A stretch of DNA of 64,000 nt from Tubiluchus corallicola. Taxonomy: Eukaryota; Animalia; Priapulida. Shown here in pieces: positions 39,361 through 54,800 of the stretch (within the stretch, counting starts at the first letter, position 1; each line of letters opens with the position of its first letter). The notes below the pieces were generated by a model. The model worked only from the letters and a program-made list of their open reading frames with translations. It did not search any database and was not told where the DNA came from. A program made the position numbers and the translations under genes. The DNA is taken from the NCBI GenBank assembly GCA_030141605.1, contig JAQGDQ010000153.1, forward strand, positions 248,001 to 312,000, in the 5' to 3' direction.

Positions 39361-41881
39361 TTAATTTGTCGATGTCACTGATTTGTAACTAAAAACCGGT
39401 TAAATAGATGTACAAGTAAACCCTTAAAAATGGCCTGTCTTAGTACGTACTATGTTTGTGCTAATAGATACTGGAATCGGTAGAGGAAGCGAAGTACTTC
39501 TTGCTGTCAATTATCACTAACTTCTTTCCCAGTTTGTAATTCAAATCAGAACGTCATCTATTGATAATCCAAAGACAATCGAAAGTGTATATGTAGTTTA
39601 TAAGCCGCCCTGCAATCTCTCATTCAATTAAGAAGCTGTCAAACAGTCAAGCATAGGATCCAATATATCTGACACTGATTTCGTTTGCAACTTGTGCACT
39701 TTAGCGTTCTGAGCGTTTAACTTCATACAGAGCTGCCTTCCAGAAACATAAGATATTTTTCACGGACTCAACTGTTATTACTAGCAATGCCAAAACTATT
39801 GAAACAGATGAAAATAACCATTATAGCATTTTAAGCCTGTAATATACAAACTTAAATATGAACTATATGTAGGATGCAGCAGTTTCTCTAGCTCCTTGAA
39901 GACGCCATTTTAATAAATCAATAGATTAGGCCTATTTGCGCTGCTTGAACCAATATTGGCGGTTCAGTGACAAAATGAATGAGATTAACTGTGTAGAGCG
40001 CAGCAATTCTTGCATGACTGAGAGTAGAGCAATTATATTTGCACACATATGTCTACATCTAAAATATTAATCTGCCTTTTCGGTTAAGTAGTATGTTCTT
40101 AGAATGAGAAACTATGTTAGCAATGTGTTATAATTATTTAACTAAAATTTTTGCCAGTGGGTAATTGCAGCGTTGCTGAGCAACCAGAGGCTGGCTATAA
40201 CGACATCCCCAAATTAACAAGTTCATAATCGGGTACACCAAATACAGGTTCCTTACGTTACACACATTATACGTACACGTTGTACACATTAAAGGTATTA
40301 AAAAATAGATCACATCATTTATTATCATTTACAAGGGGCATATCTGGATGTATCAATACTGTCGTGCAATTCTCTAAGTCTAATGAATAATTGCAATAAC
40401 TATAGACACCTGCACTGAAACACTGATTAAACTTTCTTTGTCGTTGGATCCATGTTTATTAATGAAAACTAATTTAGCGGCAATGCAAACTGTAGGTACG
40501 GTCAGTAGTTACAGTCTCGAGTTCGAGTCCCACCTCTGCAAATGTTACCACATCAAACGCATTATAAAACAGAGGATTTCTTAATGATCAGAACTGGAAC
40601 GATAGATAAAGTTCCTCAGTAAAGAAAAGCGTAAAATCCAGCGTCATTCGTTTTTCGTATGTCCTATCTTCATTTTTATTTCACAAAATTTGACAGTCAC
40701 ACAAAGAAAGCCACCATTCGTGTTGCAATTGATTGTTGCCTTCAATTTGTCTTTGCTATTTTCAAGGACAGCGTTTTGATCCAAACTTATTTACGCCATC
40801 TTTTCCTGAAAAGGCGTGTTTGAATTCACACATCATCCGGGAAATTAGGTTGTTGGAGCGTAGTTTTGTTATGCATAATGCATGAATTTGTTAAACTTCG
40901 ATACTTTATTGGTCACACTAATAGGAATTTCTGACGAAAACCCAATAATAATTCACAAGAAGGTTATAGGGTTCAACAAAAATCGGAAAAACTGAAACGC
41001 TAGAAAATATTTTGTCACCTTAGGGGGTTTCATCGAGCCTCGATGGTCGATGGTCTTAGTGCTGATATGATCTTTTAGTGAGTCCTCAGTGACATCACGT
41101 CCGTGGATGTCTGCGTGCATGAATTTCTGAAAATGAAAAATTTCCGAAAATCCAAGGTAAATCAGTAGCAAAGTAGCAAGATTTTTTTGCCCAATCTAAT
41201 AATGCTGCTATAGCTGAGCCGAGATTTATGCGCAACACACTTCCGGTTGGCAGATTAGATGAATCCTGCAGTTTCCGATAAAGCCATTGACATCAATGCT
41301 CTGCTAATCGCATGTACATTGTGGCTTCACGAGGGATCAGTACTGTCATGAGGCGTAATCTCCTCGTGCCATAAAGAGATTAATTAAAGTCAGAGTCTTA
41401 TTAATATGTTTGCGTTATCGCTTAAGTATGGCATACCTAAAATGAAAATCTGTTGTGAAAGTGACAAGTTCATCCTGTGTTTACATAGTTTCAAGATCAT
41501 CGCAAATCATTTTATATTTCAAAGTTGTTTTTGGAAAATATTTTTGCATTGTTTAACGCACATTTGTTACCCGTGTCTCATTTTTATGCAATAATTTAAA
41601 AATAGCGAAATGATTATTAAATTTATGTAGTTCTACGAAGCAATAGCCTTTGGCCAAGTTCAGTGCTTTTACGAGGTTTTAACGTTTTAAAACCAGACGT
41701 TGTTATTTTTTTACTTACAACCGTAATCAAGCTGTAAACATGCGGCTTTAGCTAGGACCCTGTTATTTTTTTTTATTGGTTTGTGTGTAAAATTTTGTTT
41801 CAGAATGTAAACAAAACTATCCTGATCCGCAAACAAATCCAGCATAGTGCTATTTTCGTTTGGTCTTTCGCTTACAGCAAA

Positions 41882-41913
41882 ACATCATCATCATCAACAA
41901 CAACAACAATAAT

Positions 41914-41960
<47 letters not shown>

Positions 41961-41990
41961 CCAACAAGAACAACAACAACGACAAGAGCA

Positions 41991-42035
<45 letters not shown>

Positions 42036-42112
42036 CCAACAGCAACAGCAATAGCAAAAACAGCAGCAGAAAATGCAAATGCAATAACAACCACAACTAC
42101 AATAGCAATAAC
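41882..42112. repeat. Compound trinucleotide microsatellite (CAT)(CAA)(CAG)
   Basis: Directly visible. Confidence 0.95.
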
Positions 42113-45100
42113 AAAAAACTACACTAAATTTTTATTACAGTGAATCGAAGTAACGCTTCATTTGAACTGTTTGGCGTTGAGCTGTTTCAAGCATTTTTGG
42201 TCGATTTTTTTTGAAGAGAGAAGATTTTTTCTTTTCAGGACGCACTAGGAGAGCAAAATAAGTAAAAAACAAGACAAAACAAAAGTGAATTGTGACGCAA
42301 ATTAAACCGAATACATAAATATGCCAACGTACATTGATGTGAAGCCTGAGCTTGAAAATACAAGCAACGATTTTTTTGTAACAAGGTTTCAATTTAAATA
42401 GTGAATGGGAATCCAGGCTTCCCAAGTTGCAACAATGAAATGAAACAGGAAAATCAAGACGGTAACTTGTTTCAGCTGACCGACTCAATTAACGTACTCC
42501 GTGTCTAATCAAAGAACTTCCTTTCGCTAACTAAAGGACCTTGGCTAATTGAATGTCATTTGTAGTGCTTTCTCCCGTAAAGCAATCTAAATGGACAGTT
42601 GCTACAGATATGTGATGGCATCAACGCTATAGATTGTTGGTATGCAATAAAACAGAACGGGCTATCAAAAAGTGAGTAATTTAGTGAGTGAATTTAGGTT
42701 CTGCGAAAGTAAAAAACTGTTGCATATTTTTTATTGCAAAGTGGTTTTAACCACTTAGCGGATACAGAACAATTTCTGTAATGTTGTAATCCATTTTATG
42801 ATAACTGTTTTAGGAACTTAATTTGAAATATTAATCATGCTCAGAAATGTTATTATGTGAACATTTAACGAAAATAAATATTTACCGCTTAATTGTTTAC
42901 TACGAGGATAAAATAGGTCAAGCCACAGAAAGAAGTTAAGCATGTGTAGCGATCGCCCATCATTTTCGCAGGTAAGCTAGTTCACCTATAGCGGAAAATG
43001 ATTCTCATCTATGATTCTTAGTGTAGGAATAACGCAACCGGTTTTCCTGCGAGCGGTTATGGTTCAAGGCTGAGTTAAGAATTAGTATTTCTAGGTGATG
43101 TAGGAGATACGTCTTAGGATGGTTTAGGTATTGACACGGACATGCGCGGTGAACAAAGCAGAATCTCTGTCGCTTGGAGAAGGAGAAAGAAGAGAAACCA
43201 ATGGCTTCTATGAACTGCGGTGCCCGCAGTGCCTACAGTTAAAAATAGTTGCGTAATATGTTCTACAAAAGTGTACAGCAGCTAGCTAAAAAATCTCTTG
43301 GCTAACCAGTGTTGATCATTGTAATAGAAACAGTTATGCTTAATAAGCTTAGTTTGCTTATAATGTATTCGTGCCGATGCCAAACGACGCAGTAAAGTTC
43401 TTTCTTATACATACTAGTGATTAATTGCTTAGAGATATTATAGACTTTAAGAACTAATCCGCACGGTTAAATTCAGAATCCAGCAAGTAGCCCTTTAACG
43501 GATTAATACCGAATTTGGCATGTGTAGTAGCAAAATGTGCCGAACATGATCAATAATATAGACTCGAATTTAATGCGCTAGTATTTTCAGTAGTACTTTA
43601 GTATTTTATCTTAGCACTTTCTGGAGATGGAAACAACAAACGGAATTACATTTTGATGTTTCGGAAACAGGAGTACGACGATTGGTTGAAAATTTTATGA
43701 TGCTCCGTACATTTTTTTGATGGCTCGTAATGGAATTGCCTGAGAGCAAGACATCAGAGATCATCTGAATGTCTCACATAGCAAAACACTGATGCAAGTT
43801 AGTAGGTCATTGAATATGTGAGTGCGCAGTAACTGAAAAACATCAGATGTATGTTTGTCGACGTAGAGCTTCACTCTTTAGCATTGCATTATAAAAACGT
43901 CTGTCATAACCTTAAGTGGGAAAGGGTGATAAATCAGGATGGTTACTGTTCTTAACTTCTTTATTTCTTTATTTTAAAATATGGCGCGCAATATTAAAAT
44001 TTATCTACTGTCCAAAATAAAAATTTCAATTTACTGTCTGCTTATTCATTGACAAGTTGCGTCTGATAGTGAGTCTATGTTACATTGTCATGTCATTAAC
44101 TTTGGAACATGGGCACCGGGAGAAAGCAGGTGCAAAAAACCTTCCTTTTCAGCATTTTACCCGTTTTCTTGTCATTATTTCAGTATTTCTGAGGAACAAG
44201 AAAGCATTCTTGGGATGAGCTGGACACCTCTCAGGCAAATTGTTTTGCAAAGTAAAACCACAAGCTACAAACTCGGCGGTCAGCTATTACACACTAATTA
44301 AGTAATATAAACGGCGATTGGATATCAAGATCACGTGACCACTCGCTACGTTTCCACGCGATAGTACCTCACTAAATAATGCTGAGTGTTGTTGCGGAAA
44401 ATTTATTATTCAGTTAAACGTTTTTCCGAGTATGCTGTTTTAACCGTTTTTTTCGATTTAAACACAAGGCTTATCCCAGACTGTTACGTTTCGCATTTAA
44501 GCCTACAACAAATATTCACAGTTTCGTGAGTTTTTTGTGTTTCATAAAGGTTTTCCATGACGCCATTTAGCCAATACTGCAGTACAATCAATGACATCAA
44601 TTATTTCTCGATTAAATTTTACTGATCATTACAAATTTGCACAATTTTGCACACTCCAACATTAATAGGTATCTACTAACCAGTTTAACCACTAGCTAAA
44701 GAAAACATTTAAAATGTTTGCCGGTATTATTGATGCGTCATTCCGACCATTTCCCTGCTATAGGATTTATAGCATCACATCTAGAACTTGCCACGAGAGG
44801 GAAATAATAAAGGTTTGACAAAAAATATAAAAACTACATTAAAATTTCTACACTATTTATGTAGTTTGTAAAAGTTTTGTGCCACAGAGTATCATTTTCC
44901 ATTGCTGTTGTTTTCTACTGCTTAAATTTCTTAATAACAACTTTATCTGCCAGTGAATTGCATACAGTGTCGGCCATTAAAATCTTGTTAGCCTTACTGT
45001 AATGATCCTGTTTTGGACGGACGGCCATATAAAGGCAGGCTTGCACTGATGCCGAAATCTCTATTGACAACGTCAGCCAAAGAGAGCTGTTCAATTTGCT

Positions 45101-45530
45101 TAAATAAATACCAGCAGAAATGACTTCATACGTAATGCATATAAAGTGTTTTGTATTACCGTGGCACGCAATTGCTTGTAGTTAATGAAGCCTGCGCTGC
45201 TCCTGTGCTGGTACTTATTTTAACAAACACCACGTGGAATGTTCGTGTAATTTTATGACCACTGTAATGTGGTGCGCGCTTTTGATACGGAAAACCCGCT
45301 GGTATTTGTTCTGTTGTAACGGCCTTTCTTCTCACATATGACTTCTATTAAGTTTAATCCGCTTGCAATGCAACAATCTTTTTCTCACTTACTTTTTAAA
45401 ATTGTTTTAATGACTTTGACCTCAAAGCGAAGCTCCGTATTTTACCTGATGATCACGGAAGAAGAATTTATGCCCTGTTCGTGTAAGATGGGATTGTATG
45501 AAGAAAAATTTGCCTGATAATCCCTGAAAG

Positions 45531-46848
45531 ACGTGAGTTTTGAAGCGTTTGAAACTAAACAATTGGGTTAAAATTGAATGTAAACTGCGATGCTAAAAGT
45601 GAATCCAAGTGTTCGAAAAATCGCTGCAAGGATTTGAGGAAGCCTGGTAGTTTCCTGCTTTAACTAGCTATATCCCAAAGGTACCTTAATTTTAATAATA
45701 CAGAATCGTGATGGGGACGACGCTGTGGCATGCGTTAGGGTGTAATGTCGAGTTCTAGCAACTTGTGCTGTATAGTAAACTGTACTAAACAACGTCGGAT
45801 TTGGCCTCAACGGAGTATATTTACCAAATGAGTGTTTACCAGAAGATGTTTCTGAATGGCCTGGTTGTTTGAGTAGTTTCCATGACTATTTTTCTTTTTC
45901 AGAGACGCTGCGTACTGGATATTCGTCTGAATGTAACCAAGACGCAGGTTCTGCATCTCATCTAACTGAACTGAGATGATTACCTGTAGCCCTACTAATG
46001 ACGTTATGACGTCGGTTTTGCACTTACCTCAATCATCAATACAGTGTATTATAGTAACGCCAACGCGTGCAGTTCTTTACAGTTAGGCCTCAAAGGTGAT
46101 TTCTTGCAATCTTTGCCATACAATAAACTAGAGCAGAGTCGTTTTTATAGGCATTAAATTACGAAAATAATAAATGTGTATTCAAAGCATGCGCATTTTT
46201 ATTTAACTCTCATCAATTTATTTCTTTATTGAGGTTGACAAAATGTATTCAACAAATTAGTCTTGCAACATTAATTTCTTAACTTACGCTTCTACGCTAG
46301 TGACTGCTATAAAGTTAGACATTATTTAGTTAACTTACATAACAAAAACTGTAGTTTTCAATATCAAACACAAGCACCGCAACAGTAAGAAGGGTTCTTT
46401 CCTTTGGGCAACTAAAATATTTAATAGGTTAACGAGAACTTCATAATTTATCGCCTTGTTTGTCGGCATGCACAGAATTCCTCAAGGCTGTGGCCTGTCC
46501 ATTTTATAAAGCTTTTACAAAAAATTTCAGTAACAGAAATATCTACGAAATGCCACATAGAAGTCACAATAAGATAATTATCAGGATAAGATTAAAGCGC
46601 CTAGTTGCGAGTAAAGAACAGAAAAACACGAATTTCCAAACTTTTGAATTAAATGATTCGGTCAAAATTAGATTGTAAACCGTGATACGAGGAAAGCGAA
46701 GCCACGGGGTCCAAAATCGCTGAAAGAATTTAAGGAAGCCTAGCAATATCTTGCTTTCAACTAACTATATTTCAGAGGTTCCTTAGTTTAAAAATCCAGA
46801 ATCCTCTGGAAGGGCTACGGTTTGACATGCGTTAGTGTGAAATTCGAG
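45531..46848. repeat. Diverged ~220-bp direct repeat (45531-45752 and 46627-46848)
   Basis: Collinear shared blocks AAAATCGCTG.AAG.ATTT.AGGAAGCCT, AACTA.CTATAT...A.AGGT.CCTTA, CAGAATC and CATGCGTTAG.GTG.AA. Confidence 0.8.
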
Positions 46849-47158
46849 CGGGATATTGTAATACTTTCTGAAGGGTAAAAAAGGAAGAAACTGAGGGCGG
46901 AAAAAATTGGCAAGAGAAAGAAAAAGAGAGAAAGAGATTTGATTCGACTTAACGCTTTATCGTAAGTCAAGTCCATAGTTAAACACAAATGAAAAAAGCA
47001 TACACCAAAACATACACCAAACAATACACCGTTTATACTATATAAACGATAATAAATTATCTATGATACTCAGTACCAAAATATATCTAATATGACAGCT
47101 GTAACAGTTGGCCTCGTCTAAATATAATTGCTACATACTAATTTGTACCACTCTTCGT

Positions 47159-47260
<102 letters not shown>

Positions 47261-50200
47261 GAAAGTGTTTAACACAGTGGAGGACAGTGTTTTATAGAAT
47301 TATGATATCATTTTTGTAAGTGACGTAATTCTCACAAGCTGAGTATCACGCGTAATCTACGTATGATATTTTCAGAGATGAAGCGGCTTCGATCACGTGT
47401 TAGAGCAGGCATCACCAAGTAGACTTGAAGCCTCGGTTTGTGAAGCCGTTCACTATTCATGTGCTGCGGGCGGTAAGCACTGAACTGCTCGACTAACATT
47501 AGAATCTCGCGAATTACCGTTAATCAGCGAAATTACCAGATTCGAGCAAGGAAAAACTAGATCAAGTAACTCTTGATCCCTGTGCTTGATCAAATATTAG
47601 TTTATGCTGTGAGTGAGTGGTTAGTGGTAATTGAGCTAGTACCAACGTTGTTACTGCTGAATATATGTGCTGACCTGTTCAGAATACAGGCAAGCAGTTC
47701 ATAAAAAATAGGTGGAAACAAAGACACGAACATAGCATTTTAATAGAGCTGCTTGTTTTTCGGAGCCCTTGTTTACAAAACTTTCGTGGCTTCGAAGAAA
47801 TAGTTTCAGTTTTGAATTTTTGAGTAGTGGAACCAGATCGAGCCATTGTAAATACGTGAGAAAATTTTCGGTGCTGAATAGCTGGCAACATGACTGATGA
47901 ATAGTAAATGAACACAGTTTTTATAATAATCACTTTCTATGTGTCATGTCATTATTGTTCCTTTTAAGTGGAGTACTTTTGCAAAGGTGCTGTACAGCTC
48001 GTGCACCATAAGACATTGATAAAAGTTAACAGTGCTTTATTGTTCCCATATACAGCTTAATAGACTTTTACCGTCTGACTAAAATTTACTGTCGAACGTG
48101 AAATGTTTGGAAATTTTCAGAGTTTCTAAGAACACTCGCGTGAGGTGTTTTCAACATTTTCTGAAACTGTTTGGGAAGAAATATATATTATTATGGACAC
48201 CGAAGAAATTAGTCATAAACCAGGTGAGCAGATACGGAGGATAATTTTGTTACAGACTGTGTTACGATGTCTTTTTAAGTGCAAACAGTTATTTTTCGGA
48301 TTGTGGTACACAGATATATTCCGTGTTAATTAAGCCCTGCTTGCTACATTGCGGTACGTGTGAGTAACTATGATAAAAGGTCACGTGGCATTGGTCTATG
48401 CTACATTAAGTCGCACGTTCCAGATAGCAGTGTAGCAATAAGACGTAGTTAATTCGCACGAATGATATCTGTGTCGTCTGCACAAACGAGAAAAAATTGT
48501 TTGCTCGACACTTTAGAGGCTGTAATCTGCTGTTTTAAACAGTACCTTTATACGTATGAATGTTATGGAATAGTCAGGCTGTATATACAGCTAACAAGGC
48601 GCTAGTCTAGGCCTCTAGCGTACCAATTTCTGAGAGGCGCTCAGTGTTAAAATTTTTTTATTCTCCTCGGAAAACACGTGCCTGGTATCCTTTCATATTT
48701 ATATAAATACGTATTTTATAAAACACCACAAGTAGTTACCGAATCCGCTTTAATATAAGAGTCATAAAACAAACGAATACAGTTATTATATAAAGCTTTA
48801 AAGGTGCTACCTTTCAAGTAGCTGCGCAGCTTGCTTTGATTTATTTCATATTTTTGTGCCTTCAAACAAATACATGTACATAATACAAACCTTATGCAAA
48901 TATGTTTATTAACAATAACCACGTATGCATTAGGTAATAGTGCTACTAATACGTCACAGGTGATTGTGCTTGAGCTTAATATATAATCAATCATAACTCC
49001 ACAATGGAGATGGACGGGACTGAACTATCAATTTAGGGTGTCGTAATGTCTTGATGTAGCCCTGTCAATGGTCTCATTGATACGATTTAGTGTATGAATA
49101 TTTGCTGCGTCAGTATAATTACAGATGATTTTGCAAGTGATTGTGCATTAGATAGCTCTCAAGCCATGGAGCCTAAACACTCACGTAAAGTTAATAGTAA
49201 TTTGTCGATTGTCAATGTCAATGAAGACTTATTATTTTATTATTAATGCACAATGTTGAAGGTGATTAATAGTCATAGTATTTTTGTTTACACACGCTTT
49301 TTGCTTCAATGCTTGCGAATCAGTACTGACTAGCATTCGCAAGTGATTCCCATTTCACGTTCTATGGAGCTTTTCATTTTCTCCGTGGCTTCCTTTGCCA
49401 TTTTCTGTGTCACAATATAGCGATGCTTGATCGAGCATTGCAGAATTCAATAGGCGTAATGAAGATCTGTCTGCCTGGACTTTGAAATCGCGTCTTCCTC
49501 TCTCGCGACAAAGATTATTGAGATTGTGTCTCTAAAATGATACTGTATAGCACATTCTTCCTTGATTTTTCACGTAGAACGACTTCATTACAGAAAGTTC
49601 CCGAGAAAAAAGTACGAAAGCACTAAGAGGCCAAAAATGCTTGTAAGAACCTATAAAATCGGGAAAAGATGCTTAGATATTTATGTGTAGAATGTATTTT
49701 GCAGAAAGATATGTGACTGTATGGTTACGTAACTCAAAAAGTGACATCTAACGCAGACATAGTGGAGATTTTTTTACTTGTAGAACTCATTGAAGACTTA
49801 ATGTGGAGATCGATCTAAAAATAGGCCTGAACTAAAAAACTTATGTCAGTGGTCGTTTTTATGACATGTTAAATTTAATTCCTGGCTCCAATGCCAAAAA
49901 AATAAAAAAATAAAAGCGCAAAGAATAATTAGAAGCTTGTCCTTAGAATAATTCAGCAGCAAGCATTAGGCGTTTATAATGTGGTCAATAATCTGTTTGC
50001 TATTGTCACAAAGGCTTAATAGAAGTATTGATATTATAATAATAGTATTCTTAGCCAACTGCGGCGGGTTTCCACTGTATAGTGATTAATTTGTATATTA
50101 TTTTGGCTCTGAAAATATATTAAATCAATTTCATTCTCAGAACGCCATGAAACTATGAACATGATTACGATGATTAGTTGCTTGGTGTGTTAATAACCAC

Positions 50201-50389
50201 AGGTATGTGTTAAATTAATATTAAAACAAACGTTTCATTTAGACCACTGATGATACTAAAATAAACATTGGAAATTTTTACCACTCTGAATAAACTCAGC
50301 TTTCCAACGTCCTAAACGCGTACTCAGGATACTGGCCTAGTAGGGGTGCCTATTTTTTGCAATTGTTGAGCTAATATATATACATATTT

Positions 50390-50960
50390 GCAAGGAATGG
50401 TTTTACGTTTGATTTACGAGGAATTTAACCCGGTCTTGAAAACCCCAAACGTACCAGAAAAATACCGCATAGCTTTCTCTCGGTTAAGGCTACAAGCGGA
50501 CACTAAAAAATTGAGACCTGTAAGAGGGTCGATGAAAATAGAAACTTTAGACTATGCACATGCAGAGACGCAAACAGAAAAACATGTATTAACGAACTGC
50601 AGCTTAATTAGTGAAAATTAGAAGAAAATATGCAAGTGTGTACTTTTCTGCACTGTCTACTATTATGGAGAGCAATCATGCATATGAAATTTGCTTTCAA
50701 GTGTTAGAAACTTTTAAAAACTAAGAAGCGTAATTTTCTTAATGTTTGCTGTACACTTAAAATATCAAACTACAATGTATAACCACTTTTTTTTGTATAA
50801 AATTTGTGCAACTATTTTATATTAAATACCGATGTGACCCACTTGAAATAAAGTGTTAACGAAAAGAATAATGGTCTGTAAGTTTTTTTATTTTTCTGCT
50901 AGCCCAGTTTTTGTAACATTCATTGCTTTTATAGCCAATAAACTATACTACTACTATATA
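50390..50960 (+). mobile_element. Non-LTR retrotransposon 3' fragment (RTE-X-like, similar to 14222-14800)
   Basis: NPVLKTPNVPEKYRIAFSRLRL...QTEKHVLTNC; ends AATAAA plus a (CTA)-type tail at ~50937-50957. Confidence 0.65.
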
Positions 50961-51813
50961 TTGGGAGGGAGCATATTACTGAAAAGTTGTTTTACTTTTG
51001 CCCATCAAATAGAATGTTGTGCAGAAGCACTGTACTTCAATTTTTGCTTTAGCAAATACATGCCATACACCCATGGAATGTTTGTGCTGTTCAAAATTAC
51101 ATTCATCACTAGTTGGGTTTGCCCGCCATTAATTAAGTTTTTAACCTGTTATTTCATTATCAGAAAATATCGCGTTGGCATTATTATAGGTGTTAAACTG
51201 TATACGTACTGTACTTCAAAATGGCGTAGAATATGAAAAGTCAGTTTGTTTTCCTTTAATTTTTTTCGCATAATTTTTTTCGCGTTAACCAAATTATATA
51301 AATGTACTTGCAACAGAATGCCAAAACGCCATCAGGGCGATACTATTACTATGACTATTTACTACTTTGTTATCATCAAATACCTCAATCATAAGAGGCC
51401 TTGCGATTTTTAATTAGGAGTAAAACCGACTTATTTCAATTTAATTGAGTTTATATTAGAAATACATAAAGAAAAAAGTTCGTGAATATGAAGAAAATAA
51501 AATTAGTTAATTATAAAATAACATTTGGCAGCTGTAATATAAGAACGCTAAATCACAAAAAACATAAACATAAAACATAAGATAAACCAAAGTAGTTAAT
51601 TTCACAAACTCAAATGCAGATGAAGCAAGGCATTTAGCAAAAAATATTTTTATCAAGATCTATCTACTTTTTTAAATGATTGAAAAGAAACGAAAAATAA
51701 AGCTAATACAAATGTAAAGTGGTCAATTGATCACTTGAAAGTTAAGCAAAACTGATAAATTTCTGCTAAATTTTCGGGTCCCCTTTGCAGCATCATGGCT
51801 TACAGAACAGTTT

Positions 51814-54800
51814 TGTGTAACGTAGCTATATAATTTATGCACTAGATGTCAGGTCAGCACCTGTTAAAAAACAGTGCACGCCATTGCACTATTATGTGCC
51901 AATCTTTAATTAAATAGTTTCAAGGTACACCTATCTGCAGCCGAAATATACTTTATAATGGCAGCGGTATAGTGATCCAAATCTTAAAACCTCAAGATGC
52001 TTTAGATTTAGTTAATGGCAACGTGTCAGAGAACTGGAAAAGATGGAAGCAACGCTTCGAATTATACCCGGTAGCTATTGGTAAAAGTGAGATGTGTGAA
52101 AAAAGGCCGTGTGCCTTATTCTTACACACAATTGGGCATGGAGCATTGGATGTGTATAACATTATGATTTTTGAGCGTAACCTTGAAGCAAGTTTTCCCG
52201 TGAGACGAAGCAAATAGCAGTTTTTAGTTCGAAGAGTACTGGGCACCTGAAGTACTTTTTTCTGCAGTTCTAAGATTATCTCTAATACATGTTAATTCAG
52301 CGACATTTGTGAGTTCCTCATTAAAGCTCAACTTGTTTTGGATCTGCGCAACGACACTCCGAGATCCGAGATGCAGCCACAGATATGTGCTGGGCTCATG
52401 AAGCATCCATTCACCAAATGAAACGTATAAAAATATTTATATATAAAGCGTTGGTGTAACAGAAAAAGAAAAGCCGTAACATACGAACGTGGGAAAATGC
52501 TGCAGCTAAGCCAAAAAAGTAGACTGCAACAGTGAACATGAAATGCAGTTATGCGATAAGTGTAACAGAAACGCTCGCGAGAAAGGAGAAAAGTGTCCTG
52601 TAAAAACTTCCAAGTTTAAACAGAGCAAGAAACTTCGCACAGAGAAATCCAGTGGTGAAGTTAAAGGAGTGACTGTGGCTAATTCGCTGTTTCTTGGCGA
52701 GGCTTCCATAGGTGAGCTGACTTGAATTAAGAAAATCAGAATAGTAAGTGAACAGTACGATCGAATGTTTGACTTTAAAATCGATACTGGTACTACTGAA
52801 ATTTGGCGTATCAGCACTGTTACCGCAGTTGAAACTACAGGACCTGTGAATACGTAGTCGGGTGTTTCGATGCTAGATTGTTGTGTGGCAATGAGATAGT
52901 GAATGAGACTGTAATTCGTGATCAAAATGCAGCACTTGTTCAATATGTTTTGGGAGCATGGGGCATAATAGAGGAAGTCACAGAGCCTATGCAATTGGTA
53001 GTTCTGATGGTACCCGCACCTACGAAAGATGGACAAATTCGTATTTGTGCTGATTACATTAAGTTTTGTTAAAGCACTCAGAAGAGATGTTTACCGTATG
53101 GATGTTGCCGAACATAGCTTAGTTCAGTTAAGCAGCATTGATGCACAAGGCATTCGACCAGTTCGCCATGCTACTGAGAGTATTCTGCAACTGCGTGAAA
53201 TTTGTTAAGGGACTACAGGGCTTTTTGGGGGCACCAACTTGCAAATGTTCACCAAAGTCTGCTGAATTGACCAATTCTTTGGGGGTTTTGCTGAAGAAAA
53301 ATAATGAGAGGAGAATGGACCAAGCGCAATAGTAAGCATTTAATGATATTAAGAAGGAACTGTGAAATGGTCAGGTATTAGCTTAGTTTGTTCCCAGTCT
53401 GAAAACTATTATATCTTTGCATTGAAGCGATGTTATGTCAGATACAAAGAGATGGATCTCGCAGGCGAATAGCAGTAGCATCAAGTGCATTAATGGGAGC
53501 TGAGTCTAGATGCATCGAACGTGACTGTTTGGTTATACCCTGAGCAGCTTACCGGCTTACCTGTTTACCCGAAGAAAGATCACAAACCACTGATCCCGAT
53601 TTTGATATCAAAAGATATACTCTTTCACCCAAATTTCAAAGATTGATACTTCGTTTAATGAGATACAGCTATGAAGTTTCACATATGTCTGGCAAAGCCA
53701 GCACTCTGCTTGACTTGATTATAAGAGATCAAAAAGCAGAGGTGAATGAAGTGTGTCACAAAAGTGAAAGAGCGTGTCAAACTTCTCGGCCAAAGTATGT
53801 CAACCAAAATTGGTTGAAGCTGCATTTGTAAGTTCAATGTGAAGTAGCTCTACATGATGGGTTGTTACTGCATGGTAACTGGGTTGTAGTGCTCTCTAAT
53901 AAAAGATTAGTCTTTCTGGCATTTCTAAAATAGAATATTAGTTCTGCTCAGATCAGATAAGGGACCGTAATATTCAGCTAGGGAAATTTCAGTTTTTACA
54001 ATAAATTAGGAGTTTTGCCGTATAACAAATTCCCATCGATCTTTTACAGACTAGTGTGAGTTGGAGAAATGTGTCTATACAGTCAAAGCTGTTTTAACAA
54101 GGAATGATGATCCGTATCTGACGATCTTGCTGTATAGAAATACTCCTTTTGCAAATCTATTGTCACCCAGTCGATAGGTCATTGAATAAGTCATTGAATG
54201 CGAATATGCGATCAAATGACTGATTAATTTAAGTTCAAAATATTGTTATAATAGCATAGTCTTACCATATTGTTAGCTGCATTTTGACATAAAGTCACGT
54301 AACTGCGTTTTTGAGTCTGTCGGCAAATAATCTTCGTTCGATGCATAACGGTAGCTATCTTAATAATGTCTTTATCAAGTTCATTTTTAGTCTTAGCAGT
54401 ACGTATTTGATGTTTTCTGTAAAATGTGCATTTTTAATATATAATGACTGTGACTACAGACGTTAATGCTAAATAAAAGACCTTTATAATAATAATAATA
54501 ATTATTATTATTGTCATTATTGTTACTATTATGATGATGATGATGATGACGTCGATGATGATGCCTACAGTGCCAAGTAATCGTATACCTTAATCTCCAG
54601 ATCAAAAAGCTGCGAGAGTGAAAGAAAAAGACTACAATAATAAAATGACCGATGCTCTCGATTATCACCACAGTGCTATGCCTTGTAACCACTTTCTGCA
54701 GGTCAAACTGTGCATATTCGAGACCAGCAGCGTGAAGGTATTGTAGTTGAGGAGCGTGACAGTCAGTCATACATCTTAGATACAGAATGTGAAACTGTAA

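Noticed and set aside
43201-43240. MASMNCGARSA, superficially like a THAP-domain start
   Set aside because: Lacks the second Cys and downstream THAP residues; the frame does not extend.
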